A stretch of DNA of 64,000 nucleotides from Candidatus Bathyarchaeota archaeon (GCA_963775895.1 CAVZKL010000018.1:1-64000); one strand, 5' to 3'; shown: positions 31,850 through 43,291, counted from the stretch's first letter. Numbers and translations are program-made. Notes: generated by a model not told the origin, from the letters alone.

Positions 31850-32308
31850 TCAACCTTGCCAATTCTTTAGTATTGTTTTGTCAAACGTGTCAAGATTTAG
31901 GGTGCCTGCATCAGCGTTTCCTGGAATGCCTAGAAATGTCCATGCTATGCTTACGCTGTACGAATCTCCGTTGGGAAGGTCTATCGAATATGTTCCTGGG
32001 TTTCCTCCTGCAACATTGGTTACGTAAGTAGCCGCGTTTCTCATGCTTGTGAATGTTATCTTTTGTGGAACGGTTCCCGTTCGTACAGTGATGACCAGCC
32101 CACTCACAGTCACGGTGCCCGGCTTACCGACCCCTGGCACAAACCCAGGGATATTCATGACTATTAACACAGCTGCAATGACCCCGATAATCACGATTAC
32201 CCCAATTACGACATTCCTGCCAGTATGCGAGACCTTAGCATTGGTTACTGGTGAAGGTGGCGGGGGTGGTTCGTATGTTCTTATAGAAAACATTTTCTTC
32301 TCATGCAC
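31850..32308 (-). CDS. Single-pass membrane protein with beta-rich extracellular domain
   Basis: Pro-rich N-terminus, TM VVIGVIVIIGVIAAVLIVM, GTYSIDLPNG. Confidence 0.7.
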   Translation of the reverse strand: MHEKKMFSIRTYEPPPPPSPVTNAKVSHTGRNVVIGVIVIIGVIAAVLIVMNIPGFVPGVGKPGTVTVSGLVITVRTGTVPQKITFTSMRNAATYVTNVAGGNPGTYSIDLPNGDSYSVSIAWTFLGIPGNADAGTLNLDTFDKTILKNWQG

Positions 32309-32621
32309 CGATGTGTTAGCATACTCTAAATAAGTTTAGCGGGTTACACGCAATCGCAGAAAGCGCGCGTCGAAGACCAATCAACCACGACCGCCCCCGC
32401 GAGCGCTTTTGCTCGACTCGTGCGCGATGGCAGAAGTCTCCATCGCAAACGAAAGCTCTGACGTGGAAACTAGCAACTTTGAAAATTATCGATAGCTTGT
32501 AGTCACATGGAGTAACTAGTGGAGACGTCTCCCACACAATTCCCCCTCCTTTTTTTATTTGAAGGCGTTTGCTGGCTTGTGCAGGGTTCTAGTTAACAAT
32601 ATTAGACGGGGAAGCTCTATT

Positions 32622-35075
32622 ATGGTTGGGAGGATGGAGGCTGGAAAGGCTGTGAGGCTGTTTCTAGTCTTGTTCTGCGTTTGCATTCTGTTTGTCTCTT
32701 GTTACTTGCCTGCAAGTTCATATTCACGGTCGTCTATCGACACGAGCAGGTTCGTTGAAGGAACGACGGCTTGGGGTCCCTACGACGCTGATCCAGGAAT
32801 TGCCTACGATGTTCAGAGCGGAGAACTGATATTCAACACGTACCAGAACCTGATCGCCTTCAACGGCGAGCAGTACTACGGTTTTGTTCCGCAGCTGGCG
32901 ACGAACGTTCCGACACTGCAGAACGTGACGATGACGGTGACTAACACGTCAGCAGTCGTCATCGGTGGAGACGCGATGGTACCACTTGGACGGACGGAGT
33001 GACAAACTACACCGTGGTCTGGTGGACGGACGAGTTCGGGGATGGTTTCCATCAGGGTGACGTAATCACTCTGAGTCCAGGCTACATGACACTTGGACGG
33101 TTGACAGCCTCACTGGCACGTCGGCTGATAACGTTGGGCCTGTGGCATGGGCAGTACGTGTTCAACATCGACACAACCCACAACATCTACTTCTACGACA
33201 ACAATGGCAACCACGTTGGCAAGTTCAACGTCACTGACGCAGCCTACTCGCTGCAGAGGTACCTCGTCATGGACGTGCCAGGTCAGCCGATATGGATGTT
33301 CGACAAACCGCTGTTCGACCTCGCAGACCACACTGGTTTCACGAATGATACTGCGATGGTTCTGGCGAACATGATAAACGCCGCAGTCGTTTCTGACACT
33401 GTCGCCAACACGCTGACGATAAACGTTGGCTGTCACTTCCCTGACAACGCCTTCAAGCAGATATTGTCGAGCACTTGGAGTGCCATCGGAAGCATGAACA
33501 ACACGATCGCGATCGGAGGCTGGAACGGGAATCTGTTTGACACTTCTAAGTATGGCGGTCCATTTCCTGACTGGTGGATCGACTGGGCTGGACAAGGTAA
33601 CGGAACAAACTACTCGACAGATCCGTCAGACCAGCTGCTTCCATCAGTGTACGTCGGCACAGGACCATACCACATCGTGACAATCGACGAAGCAAACAAC
33701 AAGGTGGTCATGCAGAGGAACCCGGACTTCTGGATGGGCTGGCCTGCAGCCAGGATGTAACGGTGTCTCTGGACACGATTGAAATAGACTACATCGCAGA
33801 CTGGTGGACGAGGAAGGCTGACTTTTTGGCCGGTTCAATCGATACTTGGCAGGTTCCAACGGTCTACCAGTTCGAGCTGCTTGACAACCGAACAAAGCAA
33901 CCGATCATCCCGCAGATAGAGACAGTCAAGAATCTTCCGCAACTGCATCGGAGATGTACATGTTCGACTTTACCATCAACAGCTCAAGCCCGTACATCGG
34001 AACTGGAAGCCTTCCAAACGGCATACCCCGGACTTCTTCAACAACACGCACATCAGAAAAGCGTTCGCCTACTCTTTCAACTGGTCAACTTTCGATGCGG
34101 AAGCGTACTTCGGAGAGTCATGCTACCGAAACAACTTTCTGATCCAAGGCTTGTACCCAGACTACTACAGCTACGGTACGCCCGCCTAGGCTACTACGAG
34201 AGCCTGACAACGCCGAAGCCGAGTTGAAAGCAGCGATCTTCGACGGACGAGCGTCTGGGACAGCGGTTTCACCCTCACATTGCCCTACCCTACTGGACAA
34301 AATCCTCAGATTCATATCCCTGCACTATGATCGTTGATTTCTTCTCGACGCTCAGCACTTTCGACGGCACGAACAGGCAAACCCGCTTTCAATAGTCGTT
34401 CTCGAAGAAATCGACTGGACCACTACAATAAATGGTATGACGCAGAGGCTGCTTCCGATGTTCGACAATAAATGGCTCGCTATTCGAACCCTTGGGAGGA
34501 GGCACAAACTTCGCGGACGCTGATGAATTCGCACGTCCATACATGCACAGCAGTGGTTTTTTCGCGTACTACGAGAACTACACTGCTGCCAACGGTTGGG
34601 GCAGTCTAAAAGATCAGTTGGTCGACCAAGCAGCCTTGACGCCTGACGGTCCCGCAAGACAGAGCTCTGTACGATCAGCTGCAGCTGATCTTCTACAACG
34701 ATTGCCCAAGCTTTCCAGTCAACAACCCTCTGGCAGGTTCTGGTGTCAGTACTGGGTCAAAGGATGGTACTACAACGCGATGTATCCAGCGACTTCTACT
34801 TACACGATGTGGAAGGGGACAACCCCTGGTACGACGTCAGCGGCAGCACGCCAGGAATCTCGGACGGCGTTGTCAACATGAAAGACATAGCCTACCTCAT
34901 CGCTCACTTCAACGCCAAAGCACCAGTTCCAGGCCAGCCGCCAGATCCGAAGTGGGTAGGCGTGTACGGTGCAAACGGTTGCGTTGACCCGTTCGGAGAC
35001 CGCGTTTGCAACATGAAAGACATTGCAGGCGCAGTAATACACTTCAACCATCACGCGAACACAGGCACACCGTGA
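32622..35075 (+). CDS. ABC-type oligopeptide substrate-binding protein (family 5) with C-terminal dockerin-like domain; multiple frameshifts
   Basis: Signal peptide, DPGIAYD...ELIFNTYQNL, PQLAT, GTGPY, RNPDFW, RKAFAYSF; paired dockerin motifs DGVVNMKDI / DRVCNMKDI. Confidence 0.82.
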
Positions 35076-35167
35076 CTCTGAGTTATTCACAGAGATTTTT
35101 GCTACAGCTGAAAACTTCGCCGACATCTGAAACAGTAAAGCGCGTCCTATAGTCACAACTTGTGAGG

Positions 35168-35443
35168 TTACTCTTGCAGGGCAGCAAAGAATTTGCGCAT
35201 GCGTTTGAACGTTTCCAAGTATTCAAGCCCCCATTTCGTGGCTCGATACTTCTTAGAATCCTCCAACTGTACTTCGGTGATGAAACCATGGGCCATTAGA
35301 AAGTTGAGTTCTTTCTTGGTTCGGTCAACGGGCATGTTGGCTCCGTAAGAGACTCGAGTTAGTGAACAAAGTCCTTTTCTGGCGATTATATCAACTATGT
35401 CTGCGTAGATGTCGTACTTTGTTCTTCGCCGTTCCTCAGACAC
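35168..35443 (-). CDS. Small winged-helix transcriptional regulator
   Basis: RRTKYDIYADIV...LTRVSYGANM...L..HGFI...YRATKWGLEYL; GTG start at 35443. Confidence 0.85.
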   Translation of the reverse strand: MSEERRRTKYDIYADIVDIIARKGLCSLTRVSYGANMPVDRTKKELNFLMAHGFITEVQLEDSKKYRATKWGLEYLETFKRMRKFFAALQE

Positions 35444-35499
35444 GTCAGAGTCTCCGAACCCATTACTATTAAATTCTTGCAGGCTTAATCTTAATTTCG

Positions 35500-36331
35500 G
35501 TGAACAAAAACGCATTCCAGAACTCACAGTCCGTCTCAATATCATATTGGTTGCAAGAAAGGTGACCTTGCCAAGTATCTGATCGTTCCCGGAGACCCTG
35601 ATCGAGTCCCAAAGATCGCTCAATCATGGGATTCAGTCAGGGAGATCGGGGCTCACCGTGAGTTTCGGAGTTGCACAGGAGAGTACAAGGGTGTCGCTGT
35701 TTCTGCGCTTTCCAGTGGAATTGGCCCAGCCTGCATGGCTATCGCGGTGAACGAAGCAGCGAACATCGGAGTGAAAACGTTCATTCGGGTGGGCAGCACG
35801 GGTGCTATTCAACGAAACATCAGGTGTGGCGACGTGATAATATCCACTGCCGCGGTGCGTCTGGATGGCACGAGCAACTGTTACGTGATTCCCGAGTTTC
35901 CAGCCGTGGCAAGCTATGAAGTTGTCATGGCACTGATCACAGCGGCGGAGGAATTAGGAATAATCAATTACCACGTTGGAATAACCGCAACAACAGCTGA
36001 TTTCTACGCAGGACAGAACCGCTGCTCCCCAGCAGGCCATCTTCCCTTAATGGACAACTTGATGCCGATGCTTCAGAGGGCCGGTGTGTTGAACTTTGAG
36101 ATGGAAACGGCGACTCTCTACACGCTGGCTGAGCTTTTCGGGTTGAGAGCAGGCGCCGTATGCGCCGTGTACGCAAACAGGTGTACAGACGAGTTCGAGG
36201 CGGGGGCTGGAGAGGAGAACGCTATTAGGATAGCGAACGAAGCTGTCAAGATACTGAGCGGTTGGGACGCAACGAAGAGAAAGAGGAGAAAACGGTGGCT
36301 CTTCCCGTCTATTGTTTGCCAAGGACAGTAG
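35500..36331 (+). CDS. udp: Uridine/nucleoside phosphorylase (start uncertain)
   Basis: Upstream in-frame QYHI...PGDPDRV...HREF, SGIG, RVGSTG, NFEME. Confidence 0.92.
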
Positions 36332-36376
36332 TGTGTGGATAAAGCTAAAAGGCGCAGTTCAGAAGTTCTAAGCAGT

Positions 36377-36508
36377 GCCGGGGTGGCGGAGTGGTTATCG
36401 CGCTGGCCTCGAGATCATGTCAAGAGGAAAGTGGGCCTAGGCATACAATGACAAGTCAGCCAGTGGGCCTTTGGGCTCGCAGGGGTTCGAGTCCCTTCCC
36501 CGGCGCCA
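36377..36508 (+). tRNA. tRNA-Ser(CGA) with ~44-nt intron at about position 37/38 (about 36414-36457)
   Basis: Acceptor GCCGGGG/CCCCGGC, discriminator G plus encoded CCA, anticodon arm CTGGC-CT-CGA-G...A-GCCAG, long variable arm, GGTTCGAGTCC. Confidence 0.93.
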
Positions 36509-36709
36509 TTTTATCACCAGCATGAAGGGAATGGATGTTCATGCATCTAAAGAATTCCGATTGAGGAATGTACTCTTTGGGAGTGTTCCCAAGAAGCTAT
36601 TAACAGGCGGATCACATACGTTGCAACCTACGTAAATGGGAAAACTATCCTTCCAATGTCTCCGAGAAAGTTCCTCAAAGACCTTGCGAAACAGCGTTAT
36701 TCTTGCAAT

Positions 36710-37205
36710 TCACTCTTTCCGTGTTTTGAGGGGTATTTCCGTCGTTTCCTTGCAAGTCTCGAAGACCATGCATGTGAGAGTCTTTTCGATTCCCCTGACA
36801 AACCGTAGCTTATCAATAACGAATTGTCCTATCGAGTAAACGCTTTCTGCTCTGAGCTTTATCAGGAGGTCCCAGTCGCCCGTGATTATGTGAACCTCTT
36901 GAACCTCAGGAAACCTGGATATTTCCGCCGCTCTTTCTCTCTGCGAAAAAGGCTTCTCCTCATTCCTTACCCCGTAAGTTACGGAGGCAAGAATAAAGGC
37001 TGTGGTGCCGCAATCAAGTTTCTTTGGATCCAAGAACTGCTCTGTACTCTTTTATGACCCCCCGCTCTTCCATGCGCTTTATCTTCGCGAAAACGGTTGT
37101 TATTGGCGAATCAATTTTTCTGGCAATCTCCCTTGCAGTGAGCTTGCAGTCTCTTTGAACAAGAGCCAAGATTGCTATGTCTTTCTCGTCGAGTTTCGCT
37201 TCCAT
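36710..37205 (-). CDS. Lrp/AsnC family regulator (frameshift near 37030)
   Basis: LDEKDIAIL...AREIA...TVFAKIKRME HTH; EVHIITGDWDLLIK RAM domain. Confidence 0.92.
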
Positions 37206-37369
37206 AGCTGTAATTATTACATCTTCTGCTATAAAAAACTAACGTTTTCTGAAAAATTTCCAATTTTTGTTATAAAAAGTTTATTTTCCAGTACGCGCAC
37301 TTCTACACGCATTAACATTGGTCAATCTGGAAGTGTTCACAAGACATGCTGAAATCAAAAGGTGATTGG

Positions 37370-38359
37370 ATGAGTGAAAAACGTTTCAGCCCGCAGAGAA
37401 GTCTGACGATTGGTGAGTTGCCGAGGCCCTTGGAGGAATTGTCTGAAGACGAAATTCAAAGAAAACATTGCATCAGCAAGATAATGACTTGCACTCTGAA
37501 ATGCCTCACTCAAGAGTTTACCGACAACGACTTCGAATGGTTGCTGCCAGTCATTCTTTCCCAGTCAACCGACCCCCTGTGGCCAGACTCATGTGCATCC
37601 ATTGAGAAACGCGTTGAGGTCGAAATCTACGGAAAAACAGTCAGAACGACGACAAGCATGATAGTTCACAAGATGGTTGCCTGCTCCTTAGCCGTTCCAA
37701 AGCTATTCATACTCTCTCCGAACGTAAGGATAGAAAAAAGCGAAAGAGCAGCTACTGGAATGCACGCCTACGAGTTCACACAACTTGACTTCGAGGTTAG
37801 AAACACCACATCACAGGATATCAGAAACTTTGTTGAAAGAACTGTCCAGCGATTGATAGATAGTTTGAAAACGAACATGAAGGATGAGCTAATCTCTCTC
37901 AGAAAACATGATGGTTTGAGAACACCAAGAATCCCCTTCAAAGTCTACGATAAGGCAGAACTCGAAGAAGACTATGGAAAAGAATGGGAACCTCAAATTC
38001 TATCTGAAACCGAGGATCCTGTCTGGGTGACCAACATTCCCCGAGAATTCTACGATTTTGAGGATGCCAAGAGCGGCAAATGGGACAACTACGATCTATA
38101 CTTGCCAGGATACGGAGAGGTCTTGTCCGGTGCGAGAAGAGAGTTCGAATACGCCAAGCTTAGCGGAAAAATGGAGAGAGATGGCGTAAGAAAGGAGAAC
38201 TATAGGCTGCTGCTGAAACTCGCAAAAGAGGGAAGATTGAAGCCGACAGCCGGCGCGGGAATAGGTATAGAAAGACTAGTAAGCTGGATAGTTGGGGCCA
38301 AACATGTTGGAGAAACACAAGTGTTTCCCAAGGTACCAGGGGCAATCTATGATTTGTAG
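37370..38359 (+). CDS. asnA: Archaeal asparagine synthetase A (AsnRS/AspRS-derived, lacks anticodon domain)
   Basis: TDPLWPD, SMIVHK, SPNVRIE, EFTQLDFE, GEVLSG, AGAGIGIERL. Confidence 0.88.
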   Translation: MSEKRFSPQRSLTIGELPRPLEELSEDEIQRKHCISKIMTCTLKCLTQEFTDNDFEWLLPVILSQSTDPLWPDSCASIEKRVEVEIYGKTVRTTTSMIVHKMVACSLAVPKLFILSPNVRIEKSERAATGMHAYEFTQLDFEVRNTTSQDIRNFVERTVQRLIDSLKTNMKDELISLRKHDGLRTPRIPFKVYDKAELEEDYGKEWEPQILSETEDPVWVTNIPREFYDFEDAKSGKWDNYDLYLPGYGEVLSGARREFEYAKLSGKMERDGVRKENYRLLLKLAKEGRLKPTAGAGIGIERLVSWIVGAKHVGETQVFPKVPGAIYDL

Positions 38360-38477
38360 GGTGGACCGATGAAGACGGCACTCATCGTTCACGCAGGAGA
38401 GATAATATTAATAGTTGGTATCAAAAGATTTGGTTGAAATCGGAGACTGCCTTTATCTCCAATTTCAGAGGGATCTT

Positions 38478-38822
38478 ATGAAGAAACTCTATGTTTGTGG
38501 GAGTTTCAAGTTCATGCGTGAGATGGAAGGATTGGGGCGCAAGCTCAAGGAGGAGAACATTCAATTTCAGATATCAAAGGAAATGGACAGTCGCGGGATT
38601 ATGGGATGTCTAAAGAAAATCGATGATGCAGATGTTGTTTACGTCGTTAACCCGGAAGGCTACATTGGAAAGAGCGTGTCCGTTGACATAGGATACGCCT
38701 ACGCAAGAAACAAGCCAGTTTATGTCATGCATCCAGTGGATGACCCGCCAGTAATGGACTTGATACGTGGTGTCTTGTCTCCAAAAGCGTTAATCGCCTT
38801 TCTCAAGGAAGGCTCCCACTAG
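38478..38822 (+). CDS. Nucleoside 2-deoxyribosyltransferase-like protein
   Basis: KLYVCGS, KIDDADVVYVVN..GYIGKS...DIGYAYA..KPV. Confidence 0.65.
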   Translation: MKKLYVCGSFKFMREMEGLGRKLKEENIQFQISKEMDSRGIMGCLKKIDDADVVYVVNPEGYIGKSVSVDIGYAYARNKPVYVMHPVDDPPVMDLIRGVLSPKALIAFLKEGSH

Positions 38823-38837
38823 AGTGAGCTGAGAAAC

Positions 38838-39149
38838 TCATTGACGACTGTTCTCGAATTTTTCCCACTTTTCAATCTCCACATCCAATTTTCTTTTAAC
38901 CGCTTTCCACAAGTCAACTCCACAGACTTTAGCACATGTAAAAGTGGTAATCACGATGTCTGCGAGTTCATCGCTCAGCTTTGTCTTGATCTCACTGGCA
39001 CCATAGTTTTCCCTTCTGAGCCCTGTTAGCTTAAAAGCTAGGCTTATTGCTTCTCCAGTTTCTTCAGCTATCTTTGCAGCTTGAAAGACTGGATGCTTCA
39101 GTGGAGCCTTATCAAAAAGCTTAAACAATCTCTCAAACTCGTCGTCCAA
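38838..39149 (-). CDS. MazG-like nucleotide pyrophosphohydrolase
   Basis: KIAEETGE...DELADIVI. Confidence 0.82.
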   Translation of the reverse strand: MDDEFERLFKLFDKAPLKHPVFQAAKIAEETGEAISLAFKLTGLRRENYGASEIKTKLSDELADIVITTFTCAKVCGVDLWKAVKRKLDVEIEKWEKFENSRQ

Positions 39150-39212
39150 ATCGCGCGCGCAAGACTTTACGACGAATGGCTACAGAACCAAACGAAATAG
39201 CATGGCGCGCAG

Positions 39213-39401
39213 TTACCTGCTGATTCTGACGGTGGCAAGAGTCTTCAAAGGCTTGCTTTCTTGGGAGATTCTCACTAGCTTAACGGCCAGTCTGTCTATT
39301 GCATATTCCGCAGCTTGCTTGGCTTCTCTTCTGGTTGCGTACTCCCTTTTCAGCTCGATCCATGGCAGCGTTTCGTCGATTCTTATCCATACGGTGTACA
39401 A
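39213..39401 (-). CDS. Small hypothetical protein
   Basis: TTG start after GGTGA; YTVWIRIDETLPWIELK...YATRREA. Confidence 0.55.
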   Translation of the reverse strand: MYTVWIRIDETLPWIELKREYATRREAKQAAEYAIDRLAVKLVRISQESKPLKTLATVRISR

Positions 39402-39608
39402 GCGGTTTCACCAACTACCGACAAACGTTGATCTGAAGTGATTAAAACAGTTATGAATTCAGAGTAGTGATCCAAAATCAACGTGTCAATTGAACGCACG
39501 CGTGAATGCTTGAGCTCTCTATTGGTAATCGTTGGTTACTTCGGATACTAATTCTGACTGCATTAATACTATAAGGGGCAAGGTCAGATTGTTAGATGAG
39601 GATACATA

Positions 39609-39995
39609 ATGCCAAAAAGGAAAGAGCTTCCGAGGGAAGATCAGACCTTCACATGTTCAAACTCTGCTTGCAGTCTCGTCTTTTCCAAGCCCATCAAGGT
39701 CATCAACTTGCGTGCCGCAAACACGGAGCCCTACGATGCGTGTCCTCGGTGCTTTACTGAGCTTGTTATCGAAAGCAAGCCCGCGACTGATAAAAGGCAG
39801 AAACTCGACGTAGAGGCAGCCGAAGTCGAGATCAAACCTGAATCTCATGGCAAGAAAGTTGAAGAGGAACCCACGGTCAAGTGTGCACATCACTTTGGTT
39901 ATCTGAGTGAACGTTCAAGGAATGAACAGATACCTGATGAATGCGTGACATGTGAACACATAGTGAACTGCATGCTCAAGGGTATGAGCAAATAG
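39609..39995 (+). CDS. Cys/His-rich putative double zinc-finger protein
   Basis: CSNSAC...CPRC and CAHHFGYL...ECVTCEHIVNC separated by an acidic linker. Confidence 0.75.
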   Translation: MPKRKELPREDQTFTCSNSACSLVFSKPIKVINLRAANTEPYDACPRCFTELVIESKPATDKRQKLDVEAAEVEIKPESHGKKVEEEPTVKCAHHFGYLSERSRNEQIPDECVTCEHIVNCMLKGMSK

Positions 39996-40084
39996 TTCAA
40001 ACGTTTTCGACCCGTAGAATGCAGTTTAAATAGAATGGGTTTGTTCAAAGCAAAAAAAGATTAGGGCTTAGCTATCTCTGTCCT

Positions 40085-40441
40085 TCACTTTTTCTTCTCG
40101 GGCTTCTTTGGCTCTTCCTTGGGCTCTTCTTTCACAGCTTCTTCGGCTGGCTTCTCTTCAGTCTTCTTCTCTTCTGTTTCTATTTCGCTTGTGATTTCTT
40201 CGATTGGTTTCGGCGGCGGTGTAGTAGCCATTGTCCAACCAATCCATGCGCCGATGCCCATTATAGCGATGAATGCGACGAGAACTGGGACAGCAACGAT
40301 CCAGAATCGGATGCTATCCTGGTCTGTGAGGTTGAAGTAGCTGAGCCATTGGGGATAGAACAGTGTTACGACGTAGAACAGGCCAACGATTGCGCAGACG
40401 ATGAAGATTAATCCACCTATAGCTTGATCTTTACTGACCAT
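40085..40441 (-). CDS. Conserved archaeal two-TM membrane protein
   Basis: MVSKDQAIG, two TM helices, WIGWTMATTPPPKPIEE, charged tail. Confidence 0.8.
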   Translation of the reverse strand: MVSKDQAIGGLIFIVCAIVGLFYVVTLFYPQWLSYFNLTDQDSIRFWIVAVPVLVAFIAIMGIGAWIGWTMATTPPPKPIEEITSEIETEEKKTEEKPAEEAVKEEPKEEPKKPEKKK

Positions 40442-40510
40442 TGATATCACCACATGATAGCCAAGTTTATCTCTGTGATACCTTTTAAAGTTTACCATGA
40501 TTGGCAGGCT

Positions 40511-41767
40511 TTATGTTGTGCCTGATTCCCATGTGCGCAGATATTTCTTCTGTTCTTTCGTTAATGCGTCTATTTTGATTTTCATTGATGCGAGTTTCAG
40601 TTTTGCCACTTCTTCATCGATTTCTCTGGGCACCTCATAGACTTTAGCGTCAAGTTTCTGGCTCTTGGCGATGTGTTCAACGCAAAGTGCTTGGTTCGCG
40701 AATGACATGTCCATAACTTCCGATGGGTGTCCTTCGGCTGCAGCCAAGTTGACGAGTCTCCCTTCGGCCAGCAGGTACAGTCTCCGCCCATCTTTGAGAG
40801 TGTATTCGTCAAGGTTGGGCCGGATGTTTCTCTTCTTTACCGAGATTTCTTGAAGGTCATTTTGATCTATCTCCACGTTGAAGTGACCACTGTTAGCCAT
40901 CACGGCGCCGTCTTTCATCTTTTCCATATGCTCTCTTCTTATGATGCTGGTGTCGCCTGTTGCTGTCACGAAAATGTCGCCCACCGCTGCGGCTTCGGCG
41001 ATGGGCATGACTCTGAAACCGTTCATTGCGGCCTCGAGTGCTCGTAGGGGATTTGCTTCGATTACGATGACGTTTGCTCCCATGCCCTGGGCTCGCATCG
41101 CTATTCCTCTTCCGCACCAGCCGTAACCGCAGACTACGAAGTTCTTTCCAGCTAGGAGGATGTTTGTGGCTCTCATTATGCCGTCCAACGTGCTTTGTCC
41201 TGTGCCGTAACGGTTGTCAAACAGGTACTTTGTGTAAGCATCGTTGACAGCTATTATCGGGTACTTGAGGGCTCCATCCTTCTCCATGGCTCTCAATCTC
41301 AGAACGCCAGTTGTTGTTTCCTCCGTGCCTCCTTTGATTCTGGGCAGAACTTGCTTTCTTTTGCTGTGAAGAGTGCTGACTAGATCTGCGCCATCGTCAA
41401 GAGTTATGGACGGGGCGAGGTCAAGCACTCTTTCAACGCACCAGTAGTATTCCTCAGTGTTCTGACCTCTCCAAGCGAAAACGCTGACACCTCTCTTTGC
41501 CAAAGCCGCTGCCACATCATCTTGCGTCGACAATGGATTAGAGCCGCACAACGCCATTTTGGCACCTCCAGCCAGAAAAGTTTCAGCCAGTACACCCGTC
41601 TCCTTCGTGACGTGAAGACATGCGCCTAGGGTCAAACCTTTCAGAGGCTTGTTCTCGCTGAATCTCTTCCTCACCTGAGCTAGAACAGGCATGTGCATCG
41701 ATGCCCATTCAATCTGCAACTCTCCGTTAGAAGCCAAACTTGGATCTTTGACTTTGAATTTTTCCAC
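40511..41767 (-). CDS. ahcY: Adenosylhomocysteinase
   Basis: [42 protein letters not shown]. Confidence 0.97.
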   Translation of the reverse strand: MEKFKVKDPSLASNGELQIEWASMHMPVLAQVRKRFSENKPLKGLTLGACLHVTKETGVLAETFLAGGAKMALCGSNPLSTQDDVAAALAKRGVSVFAWRGQNTEEYYWCVERVLDLAPSITLDDGADLVSTLHSKRKQVLPRIKGGTEETTTGVLRLRAMEKDGALKYPIIAVNDAYTKYLFDNRYGTGQSTLDGIMRATNILLAGKNFVVCGYGWCGRGIAMRAQGMGANVIVIEANPLRALEAAMNGFRVMPIAEAAAVGDIFVTATGDTSIIRREHMEKMKDGAVMANSGHFNVEIDQNDLQEISVKKRNIRPNLDEYTLKDGRRLYLLAEGRLVNLAAAEGHPSEVMDMSFANQALCVEHIAKSQKLDAKVYEVPREIDEEVAKLKLASMKIKIDALTKEQKKYLRTWESGTT

Positions 41768-41968
41768 GAGTTTTCACCGTTTACGTTCTTCGTTGATACT
41801 ATTTAAGGCTAATTCACAGACGTTCCAGTGTTCAACTAACTTCATGCAAAGAGCAGTGTTCATTGCTTCCCCTCTAGTTTTTCTTCTTCGGCTATTTCAC
41901 GCATGTCGCGCGTGTCGTATCGCTACACTTTTAACCCGTGATGGCTAACTCTTGGTTCTGGTGGTCTT

Positions 41969-43059
41969 GTTGGTTGAATTGAAGCTTGAAAGAGTGGAGG
42001 AGTACCTCTCGGACGTTTACAAGACAGCTGTGAAAGTCTTGCGAATCGTTCCTCTCAAGGACGGTCAAGCTGCTGATCTGAAGGGTTTCGGTTATGGCGC
42101 ACCTTACACAATCGAGTTTACCGTTGAAAATCAGACTAGGCTATGCGTTCTTGAGACGTTGCGTCCAGGAATCTTCGGCCACGATCACTTTGCAGACAGA
42201 GCTGGGATCCTGCTCTGGCAGTATTCAACCTTCAACAAACTGCCCAGGCACGTTCATTCTATAGATGTGGGCTCGTTCTTGAGCGATGGTGAATCATTGA
42301 AGTCTTTGGGCGATTGCGTCGAGTATCTTTCTTTTGACGGATTTCGTTCAAGGATCGCTGTATCACCTGGATCTTGATAGGATCGCACAAACGTGTGAAG
42401 TCATCGATCTTGACGAGGAGAGGTGTGTTGCCTTGGCAGATTATCTTGCTGAAATTCACTCAGTGAAGAATGCGGATGCGCCTCAACTCTATTTTCGCAG
42501 GATTCGTGACCTTCTTGGTCACGGTGAAGGAATATTCGGACTGACTGACAGCTACCCGACCAACTTGGGGTACGTTAACGAGAAATCCTTGGTCGAGTTT
42601 GAGAAGCGATGCTTGGAGTGGCGCTGGCGTCTGAAGCACAAAGCTCAAAGACTTTCGCAAGTGCATGGAGACTTTCACCCATGGAACATAATGTTCACGC
42701 AGGGTAACGAATTCACGGTGCTGGATCGAAGCTGGGGTGAGTGGGGCGAGCCTGCTGACGACGTGGCCACACTGACGATGAACTATGTCTTCTATTCTTT
42801 GCGGGCTTTCGGCGAGATGAACGGACCATTCGGAAGATTGTTTGCTCTCTTCTGGAAGAACTACTTGGACAGAACAGGAGATGACGAGATATTGAAAACG
42901 GTTCAACCATTCTACGCTTGGCGGAGTCTGGTGCTGGCTTCACCCCTCTGGTATCCAAATTTGTCTGTGGACGTTAGAAAGAAAATTCTCCGGTTCGCAG
43001 AGAAAATCATCAGCTGCAAGGAGTTTGAATTCGAAAGTGTTGAATCTTACCTGAAATAG
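41969..43059 (+). CDS. Aminoglycoside phosphotransferase/kinase-like protein (frameshift near 42330)
   Basis: LKGFGYG, HGDFHPWN, LDRS, GEPADD. Confidence 0.82.
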
Positions 43060-43171
43060 TGTTCAGAACGTTCTCCTCGTTGACTAAGGGAATATTGAAA
43101 GCGTATATCGACCGCTGGACTAAAGCTTAAATAGAGTCCGAAGCAAGGCTTTTCTGGATGCGGGGTCAAAC

Positions 43172-43291
43172 TTGACTGTAGAGTCTATTGATGACCTTGA
43201 ACGGCGTTTGAGAGAGATGGGCTATTCGCGTGGTGCGGTTACTGAAATATTGAAATGGTACCGAGAGAAGGATTCTTCTGGGGCAGAATGA
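43172..43291 (+). CDS. Small 39-aa protein (not in the ORF track)
   Basis: TTG...TGA reading MTVESIDDLERRLREMGYSRGAVTEILKWYREKDSSGAE; stop overlaps the next ATG (ATGA); TTAAATA box upstream. Confidence 0.55.
   Translation: MTVESIDDLERRLREMGYSRGAVTEILKWYREKDSSGAE

Noticed and set aside
39494-39505. GCACGCGTG as a third copy of the 91-bp element
   Set aside because: Only the short palindrome core matches; flanks are unrelated
36509-40000. Integrated element at tRNA-Ser
   Set aside because: No integrase and no duplicated tRNA 3' end (att) found by eye
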